Below are positions 27,823 to 39,254 of a stretch of DNA of 64,000 nucleotides, piece by piece. Origin of the DNA: Deltaproteobacteria bacterium (lineage in GTDB: Bacteria > Desulfobacterota > GWC2-55-46 > DRQE01); the NCBI GenBank assembly GCA_029858205.1, contig JAOUFM010000006.1:6094-70093 (forward strand). Reading direction: 5' to 3'. The position numbers and the translations under genes are program-made. The notes below the pieces were generated by a model. That model saw only the letters and a program-made list of their open reading frames with translations. It had not been told where the DNA came from and ran no database searches. Position 1 is the stretch's first letter; every line of letters starts with the position of its first letter.

Positions 27823-29145
27823 GTGGCAAAAAAAAGAAGAATCATCATCATGGGGGCCGCGGGGCGCGACTTTCATAACTTTAACGTCATCTATAAAAAC
27901 GACCAGACTGTAGAGGTCGTTGCCTTTACCGCAGCGCAAATCCCATACATAAGTAACCGCACGTATCCCCTTGCCGGAGATCTTTACCCGGACGGCATAC
28001 CGATATACCCCGAAGAACAGCTCCCGGAGCTTATAAAGCGCCTTAAGGCCGATGCCGTTGTGTTCTCGTACTCGGACATCTCGCACATAGACCTGATGCA
28101 CAAGGCCTCGGCAGTAATCGCGCTCGGCGCTGACTTTATCCTTCTTGGCTCGACAAGGACCATGCTAAAGTCCGTAAAGCCGGTGATATCCGTGTGCGCT
28201 GTGAGAACGGGCTCCGGGAAAAGCGGTGTTACGAAGCTTATCGTAAAAAGGCTCTCGACCCTCGGGCTAAAGACCGTGACGGTGCGCCACCCCATGCCCT
28301 ACGGAGATCTTAGAAAAGAACGCGTGCAGCGCTTTGCAACTACCGCTGATATGACGGAGGCCGGATGCACGCTCGAGGAAATGGAGGAGTACGAGCACCT
28401 GATAGAGGCCGGGATAGTCGTCTACGCAGGCGTTGATTACGCGGCCATACTAAAAGAGGCCGAACAAGAAGCTGACGTGATAGTGTGGGACGGCGGCAAT
28501 AACGACTTTCCGTTCTTCGAGCCGTCATTGGAGATTGTGGTTACTGACCCGCTTCGCCCCGGGCACGAGATAACGTATCATCCGGGCGAGGTAAACCTAA
28601 GGCGCGCAGACGTCATTATTATAAACAAGGTGAACACAGCGTTAACTACCGACGCCGAGACCGTAAGAAAAAACGCCGCTACCGTCAACCCGAAGGCCGT
28701 TATAATAAGTACCGAGTCAGTCGTGACCGTCGACGGCGCGCTCGACATAGCCGGGAAAAAGGCCGTTATCATCGAGGACGGCCCGACCCTCACCCACGGC
28801 GAGATGACCTACGGCGCCGGAATAATTGCGGCAAAGGAAATGAAGGCAGTGCCTGTAGATGCCAGAGAGTACGCCGTCGGCGCGATAAAGGACGTATTCG
28901 CGAAGTATCCGGCCCTCGATTCCGTAATACCGGCCATGGGGTACTCGCCGGAACAGGTCAAGGATCTCGAGACAAGCGTAAACAATACGCCTGCCGACAT
29001 TGTCATGATAGCGACCCCGGTGGACCTATCGAGAATAATAAAGTTCAACAAGCCAGCGGTACGCGTAAGGTACGAGGTAAAGGAAACCTCGGAGCCCGGG
29101 CTTGGCGGCATCGTAGCGGACTTTATCGCATCGTTTAAGAGCTAA
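27823..29145 (+). CDS. P-loop NTPase with an N-terminal Rossmann-like domain (cyclic 2,3-diphosphoglycerate synthetase-like / DUF1611-related)
   Basis: RIIIMGAAGRDFHNF (Rossmann-like), a variant Walker A (CAVRTGSGKSGVT) and later DGGNNDFPF. The family call is from memory only. Confidence 0.4.
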   Translation: MAKKRRIIIMGAAGRDFHNFNVIYKNDQTVEVVAFTAAQIPYISNRTYPLAGDLYPDGIPIYPEEQLPELIKRLKADAVVFSYSDISHIDLMHKASAVIALGADFILLGSTRTMLKSVKPVISVCAVRTGSGKSGVTKLIVKRLSTLGLKTVTVRHPMPYGDLRKERVQRFATTADMTEAGCTLEEMEEYEHLIEAGIVVYAGVDYAAILKEAEQEADVIVWDGGNNDFPFFEPSLEIVVTDPLRPGHEITYHPGEVNLRRADVIIINKVNTALTTDAETVRKNAATVNPKAVIISTESVVTVDGALDIAGKKAVIIEDGPTLTHGEMTYGAGIIAAKEMKAVPVDAREYAVGAIKDVFAKYPALDSVIPAMGYSPEQVKDLETSVNNTPADIVMIATPVDLSRIIKFNKPAVRVRYEVKETSEPGLGGIVADFIASFKS

Positions 29146-29146
29146 A

Positions 29147-29992
29147 ATGCTAAAGCGCGTTCTTAACTACTTCGCCAAGCGCTACATTGCCGGAGATACG
29201 CGCGAGGATGCCGTTGAGGCCGTGCGCGCGCTAAACGGCCAAAACGTGCTTGGCATAATCGACCATCTTGGCGAAAACGTCACAAAAAAAGAAGACGCTG
29301 ATAAAAGTGTTGCCGAATATGTCTCGCTTCTTCGAGCAATAGAAAAATCCGGCGTAAAAAGCACTGTATCGCTAAAGCTCACTCACCTCGGGCTCGATAT
29401 CGGAGACAGCCTTGCCATGGAAAATCTCGAGCTGATCCTTTCGAAGGCCGGGACAAACTTCGTGCGTATTGACATGGAATCATCGGTCTATACTGGACGC
29501 ACAATCGAGATTTTTCTTAAACTGTGCGAAAGACACCCTAACCTCGGCATTGCCGTGCAAGCATATCTTAAACAGAGCGAGCATGACATCGACATTCTCA
29601 TAAAGCACAACTCAAGCGTAAGGCTCGTAAAGGGCGCGTACAAGGAGCCTTTGGATATCGCCTTTGCCGATAAAACCGATACCGACAAAAACTTCCTCAA
29701 ACTGATGAAGAAACTTTTAAAGGCAAAGGGCAGGACGGCAATTGCGACACATGATGAGAAAATAATAACCGAGGCAATAAGGTTTTGCGAAGAAGAAAGC
29801 ATACCAAAAGACACATTCGACTTCGAGATGCTCCTTGGCATCAAGCGCAAACTGCAAAAGGAACTTGCTTCCCGTGGTTTTAGCGTTCGCGTCTACGTGC
29901 CCTACGGAACAGAGTGGCTGCCCTATATGCTAAGGCGCCTTACCGAGAGAAAAGAAAATCTCTGGTTCGTGCTAAAGAATATCGTGGGATAA
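29147..29992 (+). CDS. Proline dehydrogenase (monofunctional PutA-like)
   Basis: ...VRLVKGAYKEP... and ...LLGIKRKLQ... are hallmark proline dehydrogenase barrel motifs; 281 aa. Confidence 0.75.
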   Translation: MLKRVLNYFAKRYIAGDTREDAVEAVRALNGQNVLGIIDHLGENVTKKEDADKSVAEYVSLLRAIEKSGVKSTVSLKLTHLGLDIGDSLAMENLELILSKAGTNFVRIDMESSVYTGRTIEIFLKLCERHPNLGIAVQAYLKQSEHDIDILIKHNSSVRLVKGAYKEPLDIAFADKTDTDKNFLKLMKKLLKAKGRTAIATHDEKIITEAIRFCEEESIPKDTFDFEMLLGIKRKLQKELASRGFSVRVYVPYGTEWLPYMLRRLTERKENLWFVLKNIVG

Positions 29993-29994
29993 GC

Positions 29995-32247
29995 TCATGA
30001 CGGCTCGGATGCCTCTACAAGCGGCCTTGTAAGCGCCCTCTCAAGAATGTCAGCGTAGGTTTCGCCGTCGCCGGGAAAGCATGCGTACCCGTAGAACATG
30101 CCTGCCTTGAACTCGCGTGGCGCATCCGACAATATATCGCGGTTAAAAACATCGACAACGCGCCTGTCGGTTTCAAGAAAAAGTATGCCGACTGTGTCGT
30201 CATCGAGCATGGCAACGGAATCGAATATGCGGATCTTGCCTCTTACGTACGTAAGAAGCCTCTTTATAAATTCCTTTTTTGCAAACCCCTTTATGCCGGT
30301 GAGCTCTCCGGCCCTTGCCGTAACGAACACAAACTGTTTGCCAAACCTTGCAGCTCTCTTTAGTTCCTCCTCCACCCTTCTCTCGAAGAGCCCGGGGGTT
30401 ACGATATCCCATGCGTCTTTTGTCTCGGCGCTGTCGCGTATGGCCGCGAGCACGCGCTCGACGTATGCAACGAACCTGGCTATGACTTCGGTGTCGTTTT
30501 TGGAGAACGGCTGCGCGTAAGGGCTTTCCTCGTCAAAGCGGTTAAAGAGCGATATAAACCCCTCGACATTCCCGTCGGTAAGGATTGGAAAGGTAAGCAT
30601 GCCTCTGATTACGGGGTTAGAGTCTTCGGAGAACTCTCTACGAACCGGCTCCTTTCTTCGCTGGACTTCCTTTACGGTCTCGTCCTCGAGCGGCAGAAAC
30701 GACTCCTTCTTTTTCATGTTCTCGATGCCGAAGGTGGCGACGCGCTCGAACCCCGCGTCAGGCGAACTGCTCTTGATACGCAGCACCGCGCCCTCGGCAT
30801 TTAGAATGTCCACGGCAGCTATCGTTATCATTGGATAGAGCTTTTCTGTATCGCGTATGGCAATCAGCTTTAACCCGGCCTCGTCGGCTGCGACAAGACG
30901 CTTGGATTTTGCCATGTCCTCGTCGTTACGCCTGTTGACGTAGATGCTTTCGGAAAGAAGCGCTGTCATCTCCTTTAAAAACGCCTCATTATATTTCGAC
31001 AACCCGCGTTTAGATGATATCTCGGCAACGAACACGCCTACGGTCTGTTCCTTTGCTGTCATAGGAATGGCCATCAAAACGCGCTTTAGCCTTTTTTCCG
31101 GCAGCCTGTCGACAAGAACCACTTCCTTCATTGCCTCGATTGCCGCGCCTACAACGCCCTCACCGGAGGCAAAGCTCACGTGCCCGGTCGAAGGCGGTGT
31201 CTTTGCGCTGGAAGAATAAATAACGAGCCGCTTCATGTCCTCGTTATAAAGGTATATCGTGCACGTAAGCCCGGGGATGAGCTCCGAAAGCTTTCTGCAC
31301 ACGGTATTAAGGCGCGTGTGAAGCGGCTTATGGTCCGACATGCTGAACTCGAGCTTTTTCCAGAGGTCGAACTTCGCCGCCTCTATCCTCATCTTCTCGA
31401 ACTCTCCGGCGCGGTTTATGACCTCTGCCGCTAGCCCGGAAAGGTTCTTTAGCAGTTCCATGTCGGCATCGGTGAAGGTCTTCTTCGAGCCCGATGAGTT
31501 GACGTTCAAAACGCCTATGACGCCGCTTTCTATAGTAAGAGGCACACATATCGCGCTCGATGCGCCGCGCCTTGTGCCGAGGCGGCCAAACTCCTCTTCC
31601 TTTGCCCTGCCGTTTATCAGTATGGGCCTGCCGTCCTTGGCGACCTTTCCGGAAACGCCATCGCCGAGCTTTACGTTTACCTTACGGATGATTTCCTCAT
31701 CCATCCCTCTTGCAACTTCGATCTTGAGTGCCCCCTCGGCCTTGTCAACGAGCATTATGGAACCGGCATCCGCGCCGCTTGTCTCTATTGCAATGTCAAG
31801 AAGGCTTCCAAGGAGCTCGTCTCTATCGCTTGTGAGCTTTACGCCGTTCACTATCTCGCGTAGCGGCCCCAGGTAATTTGGCGAGGCATGTCCCGCAACA
31901 GCTCCTCTTACACCCCAGAGGAGGCGCGCGCTCAAGGCAGATAGCTTCTCGACATCGTCGAACTCGGAGGAATCGAGGAACTTGGCGGTTGCCGCGTCGT
32001 CCACCGCGTTTATGATGACGTCAAGAGAATCTATGGCCTTTATATCCTCGAGCTCATAGGTAACGCTTATGCCAAGCTTCTTCGATATCCTGTAGCCAAG
32101 CTCCATGAGCTTATAGAGCATGGCATCGGGGTTCGGGTCGGCAATAAGCACGATGCGGTTACCTTTGTCCTTCAGGAGGTCCGGTAGAAGAGAAAGCGCT
32201 TCTTTATTGGCGCCGATGATGGCGATGTTCTTTTTATTCGAAGCCAT
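29995..32247 (-). CDS. Multi-GAF-domain protein with a C-terminal degenerate GGDEF-like domain
   Basis: An N-terminal Rossmann-like segment and at least two GAF-like regions (SIMLVDKAEGALKIEVARG...). The C-terminus RFGKQFVFVTARAGEL...MLDDDTVGILFLETD follows the GGDEF skeleton but lacks GG[DE]EF. Confidence 0.6.
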   Translation of the reverse strand: MASNKKNIAIIGANKEALSLLPDLLKDKGNRIVLIADPNPDAMLYKLMELGYRISKKLGISVTYELEDIKAIDSLDVIINAVDDAATAKFLDSSEFDDVEKLSALSARLLWGVRGAVAGHASPNYLGPLREIVNGVKLTSDRDELLGSLLDIAIETSGADAGSIMLVDKAEGALKIEVARGMDEEIIRKVNVKLGDGVSGKVAKDGRPILINGRAKEEEFGRLGTRRGASSAICVPLTIESGVIGVLNVNSSGSKKTFTDADMELLKNLSGLAAEVINRAGEFEKMRIEAAKFDLWKKLEFSMSDHKPLHTRLNTVCRKLSELIPGLTCTIYLYNEDMKRLVIYSSSAKTPPSTGHVSFASGEGVVGAAIEAMKEVVLVDRLPEKRLKRVLMAIPMTAKEQTVGVFVAEISSKRGLSKYNEAFLKEMTALLSESIYVNRRNDEDMAKSKRLVAADEAGLKLIAIRDTEKLYPMITIAAVDILNAEGAVLRIKSSSPDAGFERVATFGIENMKKKESFLPLEDETVKEVQRRKEPVRREFSEDSNPVIRGMLTFPILTDGNVEGFISLFNRFDEESPYAQPFSKNDTEVIARFVAYVERVLAAIRDSAETKDAWDIVTPGLFERRVEEELKRAARFGKQFVFVTARAGELTGIKGFAKKEFIKRLLTYVRGKIRIFDSVAMLDDDTVGILFLETDRRVVDVFNRDILSDAPREFKAGMFYGYACFPGDGETYADILERALTRPLVEASEPS

Positions 32248-32251
32248 TGTC

Positions 32252-32662
32252 TTAGCCTATCCTCTCGAGTATGCCGAGGTCGATTAATTTTCTTATAAGC
32301 GCGGCCTTTTCTATATCTGCGGTTTCTATGGCCGCGGCCTGCGTATCCGGCGCTGTAGTCTCGTTAAACCTTCTGGCAGCCTCTTTCATGAGCCAGTCGA
32401 AGTCCTCGATGATGGTCTCCTCTTTGGGAAGCTCTCCGGTGGCAACGTCGAATTCGCCTTCCTTCCATCCAAGGAGCCTGGATAGCGCGTCAACGCCCGT
32501 GAAGCCGCGGTAATCGGCGTGCACGATGTTGCCATCCTTGAAGTACACGTTACCGTACCCGTGCTCTGACCCAAGATGCACGGCAACGGTCTTGCCTTCG
32601 GCATGGAGAATCTGAAAGATGTCCTGAAGATTGAGATCTTTTAAACGTCCCTTTACGCTCAT
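32252..32662 (-). CDS. Stand-alone PATAN/DUF4388 domain protein
   Basis: GRLKDLNLQDIFQILHAEGKTVAVHL is the same signature as in the 7352-8908 protein; 136 aa. Confidence 0.6.
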   Translation of the reverse strand: MSVKGRLKDLNLQDIFQILHAEGKTVAVHLGSEHGYGNVYFKDGNIVHADYRGFTGVDALSRLLGWKEGEFDVATGELPKEETIIEDFDWLMKEAARRFNETTAPDTQAAAIETADIEKAALIRKLIDLGILERIG

Positions 32663-32814
32663 AGGCGCTCCTGTTCCCCGCTATATTCAATTTTACGAAC
32701 AAAAAAAGAGGCTGTTAAAGCTGCTTAAAGAACGTATAGTTACAGTATAGCAGAGTGCTGCGTATGGTCAAAAGACCGGCAAGGTGAAGTTCGGGTAGTT
32801 TTGGTGTTTTTTTA

Positions 32815-32843
32815 AGTATAGCAAAAATAGGCGGTTATGTCAA
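32815..32843 (-). promoter_or_regulatory. Sigma70-like promoter upstream of the PATAN gene
   Basis: On the minus strand: TTGACA - 17 nt - TATACT. Confidence 0.35.
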
Positions 32844-32889
32844 AGAAGGGCGGGGATGGCAACGATGTGTCACCATTATCAGGTAGGCC

Positions 32890-34146
32890 CTATTCCCTTA
32901 CCTGCCCGTCTCCGTACACGATGAACTTTTGTGTTGTGAGGCCTTCGAGGCCCATGGGGCCGTAGGCGTGTATCTTGGTCGTAGAGATGCCGATTTCAGC
33001 GCCAAGGCCAAACTGGTGTCCGTCGCTAAAGCGCGTTGAGGCATTCACCATAACACTCGATGAATTGACGGTATCGATAAAGCGCTGGGCATTGGTATAG
33101 TTCTCGGTGATAATGGATTCCGTATGCAAAGACCCGTAATTCTCAATATGTTCGATAGCTTCGTCCATATCCTTAACAATCTTTATAGCTATTATAAGGT
33201 CAAGGTACTCTGCTCCCCAGTCCTCTTCCTTTGCAGCGGTGATGTCCCTTAATATCTTCCTCGTAGCCTCGCACCCGCGCATCTCAACGCCTGCTTCTTT
33301 GTAGCGGCCGTGTATCAGGGGCAAAAACTCCTTTGCCACCCCCTCGTGCACAAGTAACGTCTCCATGGCATTACACACCCCCGGACGCTGCACCTTGGCG
33401 TTGAATGCGATGTTCACGGCCTTGTCCATGTCTGCAGCCTTGTCCACAAACACGTGGCAGACGCCCTTATAGTGCTTTATAACTGGTATCTTAGAGTTCT
33501 CGACTGTAAAGCGTATTAGCCCCTCGCCGCCCCTGGGGATAATAAGGTCTATGTATTCCTCGAGCTTTAGCATCGCAAGCACAGCCTCCCGCTCAACCGT
33601 TGGGATGACCTGCACTGCAGCCTCCGGCACGCCTGTTAAAGCGCATGCAGCGGAAAGGCATTCTGCTATGGCCCGGTTCGAGTGTATGGCCTCGCTTCCG
33701 CCCCTAAGTATTACGGCATTGCCTGACTTAAGGCAAAGTCCTGCCGCATCTGCAGTGACATTTGGCCTTGACTCATAGATTATGCCGATCACTCCGAGCG
33801 GAATCCTCATGCGGCCGATTTTAAGGCCGTTTGGCCTCTTCCACATGGATGTCACCTCGCCTATAGGGTCAGGTAGAGCCGCAACCTCTCTTAGTCCGTC
33901 GGCCATGCCTTTTATGACCTTATCGGAAAGTGTCAAGCGGTCTATCATTGCCTTTGAAAGACCGTTTTTCTCGGCAGCTTCCAAATCCTTTTGGTTTTCT
34001 TTTTTTAAGGTATTGGCTCGTTTTAAAAGCTCATCCGCCATGGCATGAAGCGCCTTGTTCTTTATATCGGTAGAGAGCCTGGCAACGAGCCTTGATGCTG
34101 CCCGTGCCTCTCTTGCTATTTTCTTTACGAGTTCGGCTGTGGACAT
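32890..34146 (-). CDS. proA: Gamma-glutamyl phosphate reductase
   Basis: Full-length ProA (418 aa) with an ALDH-like fold and a catalytic Cys ([12 protein letters not shown]). Confidence 0.95.
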   Translation of the reverse strand: MSTAELVKKIAREARAASRLVARLSTDIKNKALHAMADELLKRANTLKKENQKDLEAAEKNGLSKAMIDRLTLSDKVIKGMADGLREVAALPDPIGEVTSMWKRPNGLKIGRMRIPLGVIGIIYESRPNVTADAAGLCLKSGNAVILRGGSEAIHSNRAIAECLSAACALTGVPEAAVQVIPTVEREAVLAMLKLEEYIDLIIPRGGEGLIRFTVENSKIPVIKHYKGVCHVFVDKAADMDKAVNIAFNAKVQRPGVCNAMETLLVHEGVAKEFLPLIHGRYKEAGVEMRGCEATRKILRDITAAKEEDWGAEYLDLIIAIKIVKDMDEAIEHIENYGSLHTESIITENYTNAQRFIDTVNSSSVMVNASTRFSDGHQFGLGAEIGISTTKIHAYGPMGLEGLTTQKFIVYGDGQVRE

Positions 34147-34156
34147 ACGAATCCTC

Positions 34157-35320
34157 CTATAGCACTACCATGTCGTCACGGTGTATGACCTCATCCGAGA
34201 CCTTGTAGCCAAGGGCCTTCTCTATCTCCGAGGTCTTTAAGCCCTTTATCTTCTCTATCTCAACGGAGCTGTAGTTTACAACACCTCTGGCGAACTCCAT
34301 GCCCGAGGCATCCACGCAGTGTATTACATCGCCCGAGTCGAATGTGCCGCCGACACTCACAACACCGGAGGGTAGAAGCGACTTGCCGTTTAAGAGTAGC
34401 GCATTCTTCGCGCCGTCGTCGATAACCACCTTGCCAGTTGGCCTTGTCGAGTACTTTATCCAGTGTTCTTTGCTTGAAAGGTAACCTTCTTTCACTTTAA
34501 CAAACGTGCCAACGGAACTCACGGCAATACTTCCAGCAGCAGTGGCCGATTGTTCGAGAGTGTCCAGATCGAACCCTGATGTAATAACCGTCTCGCAGCC
34601 GTGATGGGCGGCGATTTTCGCGGCCGTAATCTTCGAGGAAATCCCGCCCGAGCCTGCCGCGCTCGTTGTGGCGCTCTTTTCCGCCAACTCGAATGCGTCT
34701 ATATCGCTTATCACCTCGATGCGTTTTGCATCTCGGTTGACCTTCGGGTCCTTGTCGAACACGCCGTCTATGTCAGAGAGAATTACGAGCCTGTCGGCGC
34801 CGACGAGATTTGCAACAAGCGCGGCGATTTTGTCGTTATCGCCGTACTTGATCTCCTCGACAGCAACCGTGTCGTTCTCATTTATAATGGGAAGTATGCC
34901 GCGCCCGAGAAGCTCGGTAAGAGTATTTCTGGCGTTAAGAAAGCGTTTTCTATCGCCCATGTCGTCGTGCGTAATAAGCAGTTGCGCGACATTTACGCCG
35001 GTCTTCGAGAACGCCTCGTCATACCTTGCCATAAGACGCGACTGCCCAACCGCCGCAACAGCCTGCCGCCCGGGTATGGTGGAGGGCCGCTCCTTCATAC
35101 CAAGCTTTTCCATGCCCATTGCGATTGCGCCGGAAGACACAAGAACGCACTTTGTGCCTGCCTTCATAAGAGCGGATATCTCGGTTGCAAGCTTGGAAAA
35201 TATGTCGCAGCGCTCGCCGCAATCCTTACCGCGTACGCTCCCCTTTACGCCCGTTACAACGGCGCTTCCAACCTTTATAACAACGCGCTCTATCTTATTA
35301 TTAGAAGTTTCCTTCCCCAT
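34157..35320 (-). CDS. proB: Glutamate 5-kinase with a C-terminal PUA domain
   Basis: An amino-acid kinase N-terminus ([13 protein letters not shown]) and a PUA C-terminus. Confidence 0.95.
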   Translation of the reverse strand: MGKETSNNKIERVVIKVGSAVVTGVKGSVRGKDCGERCDIFSKLATEISALMKAGTKCVLVSSGAIAMGMEKLGMKERPSTIPGRQAVAAVGQSRLMARYDEAFSKTGVNVAQLLITHDDMGDRKRFLNARNTLTELLGRGILPIINENDTVAVEEIKYGDNDKIAALVANLVGADRLVILSDIDGVFDKDPKVNRDAKRIEVISDIDAFELAEKSATTSAAGSGGISSKITAAKIAAHHGCETVITSGFDLDTLEQSATAAGSIAVSSVGTFVKVKEGYLSSKEHWIKYSTRPTGKVVIDDGAKNALLLNGKSLLPSGVVSVGGTFDSGDVIHCVDASGMEFARGVVNYSSVEIEKIKGLKTSEIEKALGYKVSDEVIHRDDMVVL

Positions 35321-35324
35321 ACCG

Positions 35325-36338
<1,014 letters not shown>

Positions 36339-36344
36339 TTAAGT

Positions 36345-36398
36345 TCCCCGGAAAATAAAAAGGGCGAAAAAGAGACCAGAGGTTTCTTTTATCGCCCT
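36345..36398 (-). terminator. Rho-independent terminator/attenuator between rpmA and obg
   Basis: On the minus strand, an AGGGCGA...TCGCCCT hairpin is followed by TTTTTATTTTCC. Confidence 0.5.
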
Positions 36399-36448
36399 GA
36401 ATTTTACGAAACCGGAATATTGCCCGGTCGCAGCATCAAAGGGCCGGC

Positions 36449-36703
36449 TTACTGCACCGGCGCTACGTTTACGATTTTCTTCGAGCCGCTTTCCTTGAAC
36501 TCGACAACGCCGCGTACCTTGGAAAATAGCGTATAGTCCTTGCCCATGCCGACGTTTAGGCCGGGATATATCTTCGTGCCTACCTGGCGCACGATTATAG
36601 TGCCTGCGTTAATGACCTCGCCGCCGTAGCTCTTTACGCCGCGTCTTTGGCCGTTGCTGTCTCTGCCGTTTCTGGAACTTCCGCCCGCTTTTTTATGTGC
36701 CAT
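36449..36703 (-). CDS. rpmA: 50S ribosomal protein L27
   Basis: [16 protein letters not shown]...; 84 aa. Confidence 0.97.
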   Translation of the reverse strand: MAHKKAGGSSRNGRDSNGQRRGVKSYGGEVINAGTIIVRQVGTKIYPGLNVGMGKDYTLFSKVRGVVEFKESGSKKIVNVAPVQ

Positions 36704-36721
36704 GGTGTCTAAAACCCTCCC

Positions 36722-37033
36722 TTAAGCCTTTATTTCCTTTACGCGTATGCCCGTAAGGTTCTGCCTGTGCCCCTGCTTCTTTGCGTAGCCCTTCCTTCTC
36801 CTCTTTTTAAAGAGAAGCACCTTCTTGGTCTTTTTCTGCTCGAGGATCTCGCAAACCACACTTGCGTTCTCGACAGTCGGCGCGCCTATCTTTATGTCAG
36901 CGCCCTCGCCGATAGCAATAACGTCCTTTATCTCAACTGTTGAGCCCACTGTGCCGTCGAGCTTTTCGACCTTTATCGTGTCGCCCTTGGCCACCTTGTA
37001 CTGTTTTCCGCCTGTCTTTATAACCGCATACAT
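36722..37033 (-). CDS. rplU: 50S ribosomal protein L21
   Basis: MYAVIKTGGKQYKV...; 103 aa. Confidence 0.97.
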   Translation of the reverse strand: MYAVIKTGGKQYKVAKGDTIKVEKLDGTVGSTVEIKDVIAIGEGADIKIGAPTVENASVVCEILEQKKTKKVLLFKKRRRKGYAKKQGHRQNLTGIRVKEIKA

Positions 37034-37068
37034 TTCTTAAGTTCCTCCGGGAATGATAGTAATAGGTA

Positions 37069-37097
37069 ATATTAACCGTTACTTCGCCGATTGTCAA
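37069..37097 (-). promoter_or_regulatory. Sigma70-like promoter of the rplU-rpmA-obg operon
   Basis: On the minus strand: TTGACA - 17 nt - TAATAT, about 35 nt upstream of the rplU SD/ATG. Confidence 0.45.
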
Positions 37098-37121
37098 GCA
37101 TTTTATAAGGGTTTTCTCCTT

Positions 37122-39254
37122 CTAATGCCCGGCTGCCCCGGCAGGTGTTGCGTGATGCGATTTTGCGTGGTGAACGCCTATTTTACGCTCTTTTAAGGCG
37201 TTTAGCCCCTCCTCCACATAGGCCTTAAGCTCCTTTGCCATTTTGCCCCTGCGCTCGGTTTCCTTACCCTCGGGTATGACAACGGACTTTGGCGGGTGCT
37301 TTGTGTCGTATTCATAGAGCACGGGCTTTTCCTTGGGTGCAACAATGTATATCCTGTTGTCCTCTACAATAGCGACATTTTCATCCCCGCCCGAATGCTT
37401 TATAACGGCAAAGCCCTTATCTTTCAATGCCTGGGAAAATAGATTTCTGCCCCAGCCCTGGTGCGGCGCATCGCTTCCGATGAGAGCAAGAACGCTTGGC
37501 CCGATGTCTACATGGCTTGCAACCGTATCGCGTCTTACGCCATGCGCCTTCAAAAGTTTCGGAGAATAGAAAAGAAGCGGCACATGGAGCTTATCGAGGC
37601 TCATGTGCGTTATCGGCCACTCGGTACCTATGCCGTGGTCCCCGGTTATGACAAAAAGCGTATTGTCGAAATATTTTTCCTTTGACGCGGCCTTGAAGAA
37701 CTCGCCAAGGGCCCAGTCCGCGTACTTCATGGCGTTGTATCTATTCTCCATTGCATCGCCGGACTTTATACGCTCAAACGGCAACGGCGGCAGATTAAAC
37801 GGCGAATGGTTCGTAAGCGTAAGGATTGCGCCGAAAAACGGCTTGTCCTTCGACATGTTCTTGAATTCCTCGTTGGCGCGCATGAAGACGTCGTAATCGG
37901 CGACACCCCACACCGGGTCGACGAACGTGGGGTTCACGTAATCGTCCGTGCCAACGAACTTATTTATGCCGTGCTGCCTGAAAAATCCCTCTTTATTGTC
38001 CCAGGAGAAAAGCCCGTTATAAAGGAAGATGCTATCGTAGCCTTTTGACGTAAGAATCGTCGGAAGCCCCGAGAACTCCTGGTACGCGTCCATGGTCTTC
38101 ATTAGATACTCATGCCCTGGAAGGTTCGGAAAAGACGTAAGCGAGGCGAACACGCCCTGGTGCGTATGAGAGCCGTTCGAGAAAGCGCGCTCGAAAAGCA
38201 CGCCGTCCTTTGCAAGTTTATCGAACGAAGGCGTTATGTTGTGCTCATCTCCAAGCGAGCCAACGAGACGGCCCGAGAAACTCTCCATTAGTATTATGAC
38301 GACGTTTACGGGCTTCTCCGGCTTTTTCACGAGATACGCATTGGCGGTCTCGGGGCCTTCTTTCCTAAGAAGAGGCAACTCAGCGCTCGCAAGGTCGGTC
38401 TCGGTAGTCTGTATAAGCATGTCATGCGTGATTTTTTCCGCGTCCTTTGCCGAATACGTCTTAGTCCAGTAATTCTCCTTTGTCGAAAGCTTTTCAAGAG
38501 AACTCCTGCCAAGCGTGAACACGGCATTTAAGGCAAGGTTATTTGCAAATGCCTCGTCCGAAAAATACGCATCCCCCCACCTAAGCGGCTCCTTGTAGAA
38601 CCCTCCCCGCATGCCAAACACCATGAGCGTGATAACGACAAACGTGCCGGCATACCCTGCTATGCGGTGATTTCTCGTTAGTTCCGGAATGTTGGTCTTT
38701 GAGCCAAGTAATTTCTTGTAAAGGACAAATACGGCAAAGGAAAAGAGCGCCATCACCACGGCCCAGAACAAGGCGTACTTCACTACCGGGTAGCCTTCCC
38801 ACACCATGCCACCTACTATCTCCGGGTGGGTCGCGTACTCGAATATGGCGGAGTTAAAGCGCATCTGAAGTTCGCGGTAGAACTCTACCTCTCCAAGGCA
38901 GAGAAAGAACAGGGCCGAGAAAAACGCGGTAAATGCCGCTAGTATGTGCGGCGAGAACCTCCGTGGAACAAAAAGCAAAAGCAATAGAAGCGGTATCAGA
39001 AGATACGAACTTATAGCGATATCGAACCTTAGGCCGTAGAAAAAGCTCTTCAAAAGAAGCGTAACCGGCAGGTGCTCGGCCAAACCGTAATTCCTGTAGA
39101 GCATGACGGCCCTTGCTGTCTCGAAGACGGCTATGAGCAGCACATACGCGGCGAGCACGAAATACACTTCGCGCCTTATTATATGACCGAGAATCGAGTT
39201 TGATTTGGTATTGCCCATGATGTTTGCTTGCGCGCGGAACAGTTCCCAGCGCAT
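37122..39254 (-). CDS. LTA-synthase/sulfatase-family membrane protein (alkaline-phosphatase superfamily)
   Basis: An N-terminal polytopic membrane region, then a sulfatase-like domain (VVIILMESFSG...NGSHTHQG...TGDHG). The start overlaps the hemerythrin stop (TGATG). Confidence 0.7.
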   Translation of the reverse strand: MRWELFRAQANIMGNTKSNSILGHIIRREVYFVLAAYVLLIAVFETARAVMLYRNYGLAEHLPVTLLLKSFFYGLRFDIAISSYLLIPLLLLLLFVPRRFSPHILAAFTAFFSALFFLCLGEVEFYRELQMRFNSAIFEYATHPEIVGGMVWEGYPVVKYALFWAVVMALFSFAVFVLYKKLLGSKTNIPELTRNHRIAGYAGTFVVITLMVFGMRGGFYKEPLRWGDAYFSDEAFANNLALNAVFTLGRSSLEKLSTKENYWTKTYSAKDAEKITHDMLIQTTETDLASAELPLLRKEGPETANAYLVKKPEKPVNVVIILMESFSGRLVGSLGDEHNITPSFDKLAKDGVLFERAFSNGSHTHQGVFASLTSFPNLPGHEYLMKTMDAYQEFSGLPTILTSKGYDSIFLYNGLFSWDNKEGFFRQHGINKFVGTDDYVNPTFVDPVWGVADYDVFMRANEEFKNMSKDKPFFGAILTLTNHSPFNLPPLPFERIKSGDAMENRYNAMKYADWALGEFFKAASKEKYFDNTLFVITGDHGIGTEWPITHMSLDKLHVPLLFYSPKLLKAHGVRRDTVASHVDIGPSVLALIGSDAPHQGWGRNLFSQALKDKGFAVIKHSGGDENVAIVEDNRIYIVAPKEKPVLYEYDTKHPPKSVVIPEGKETERRGKMAKELKAYVEEGLNALKERKIGVHHAKSHHATPAGAAGH

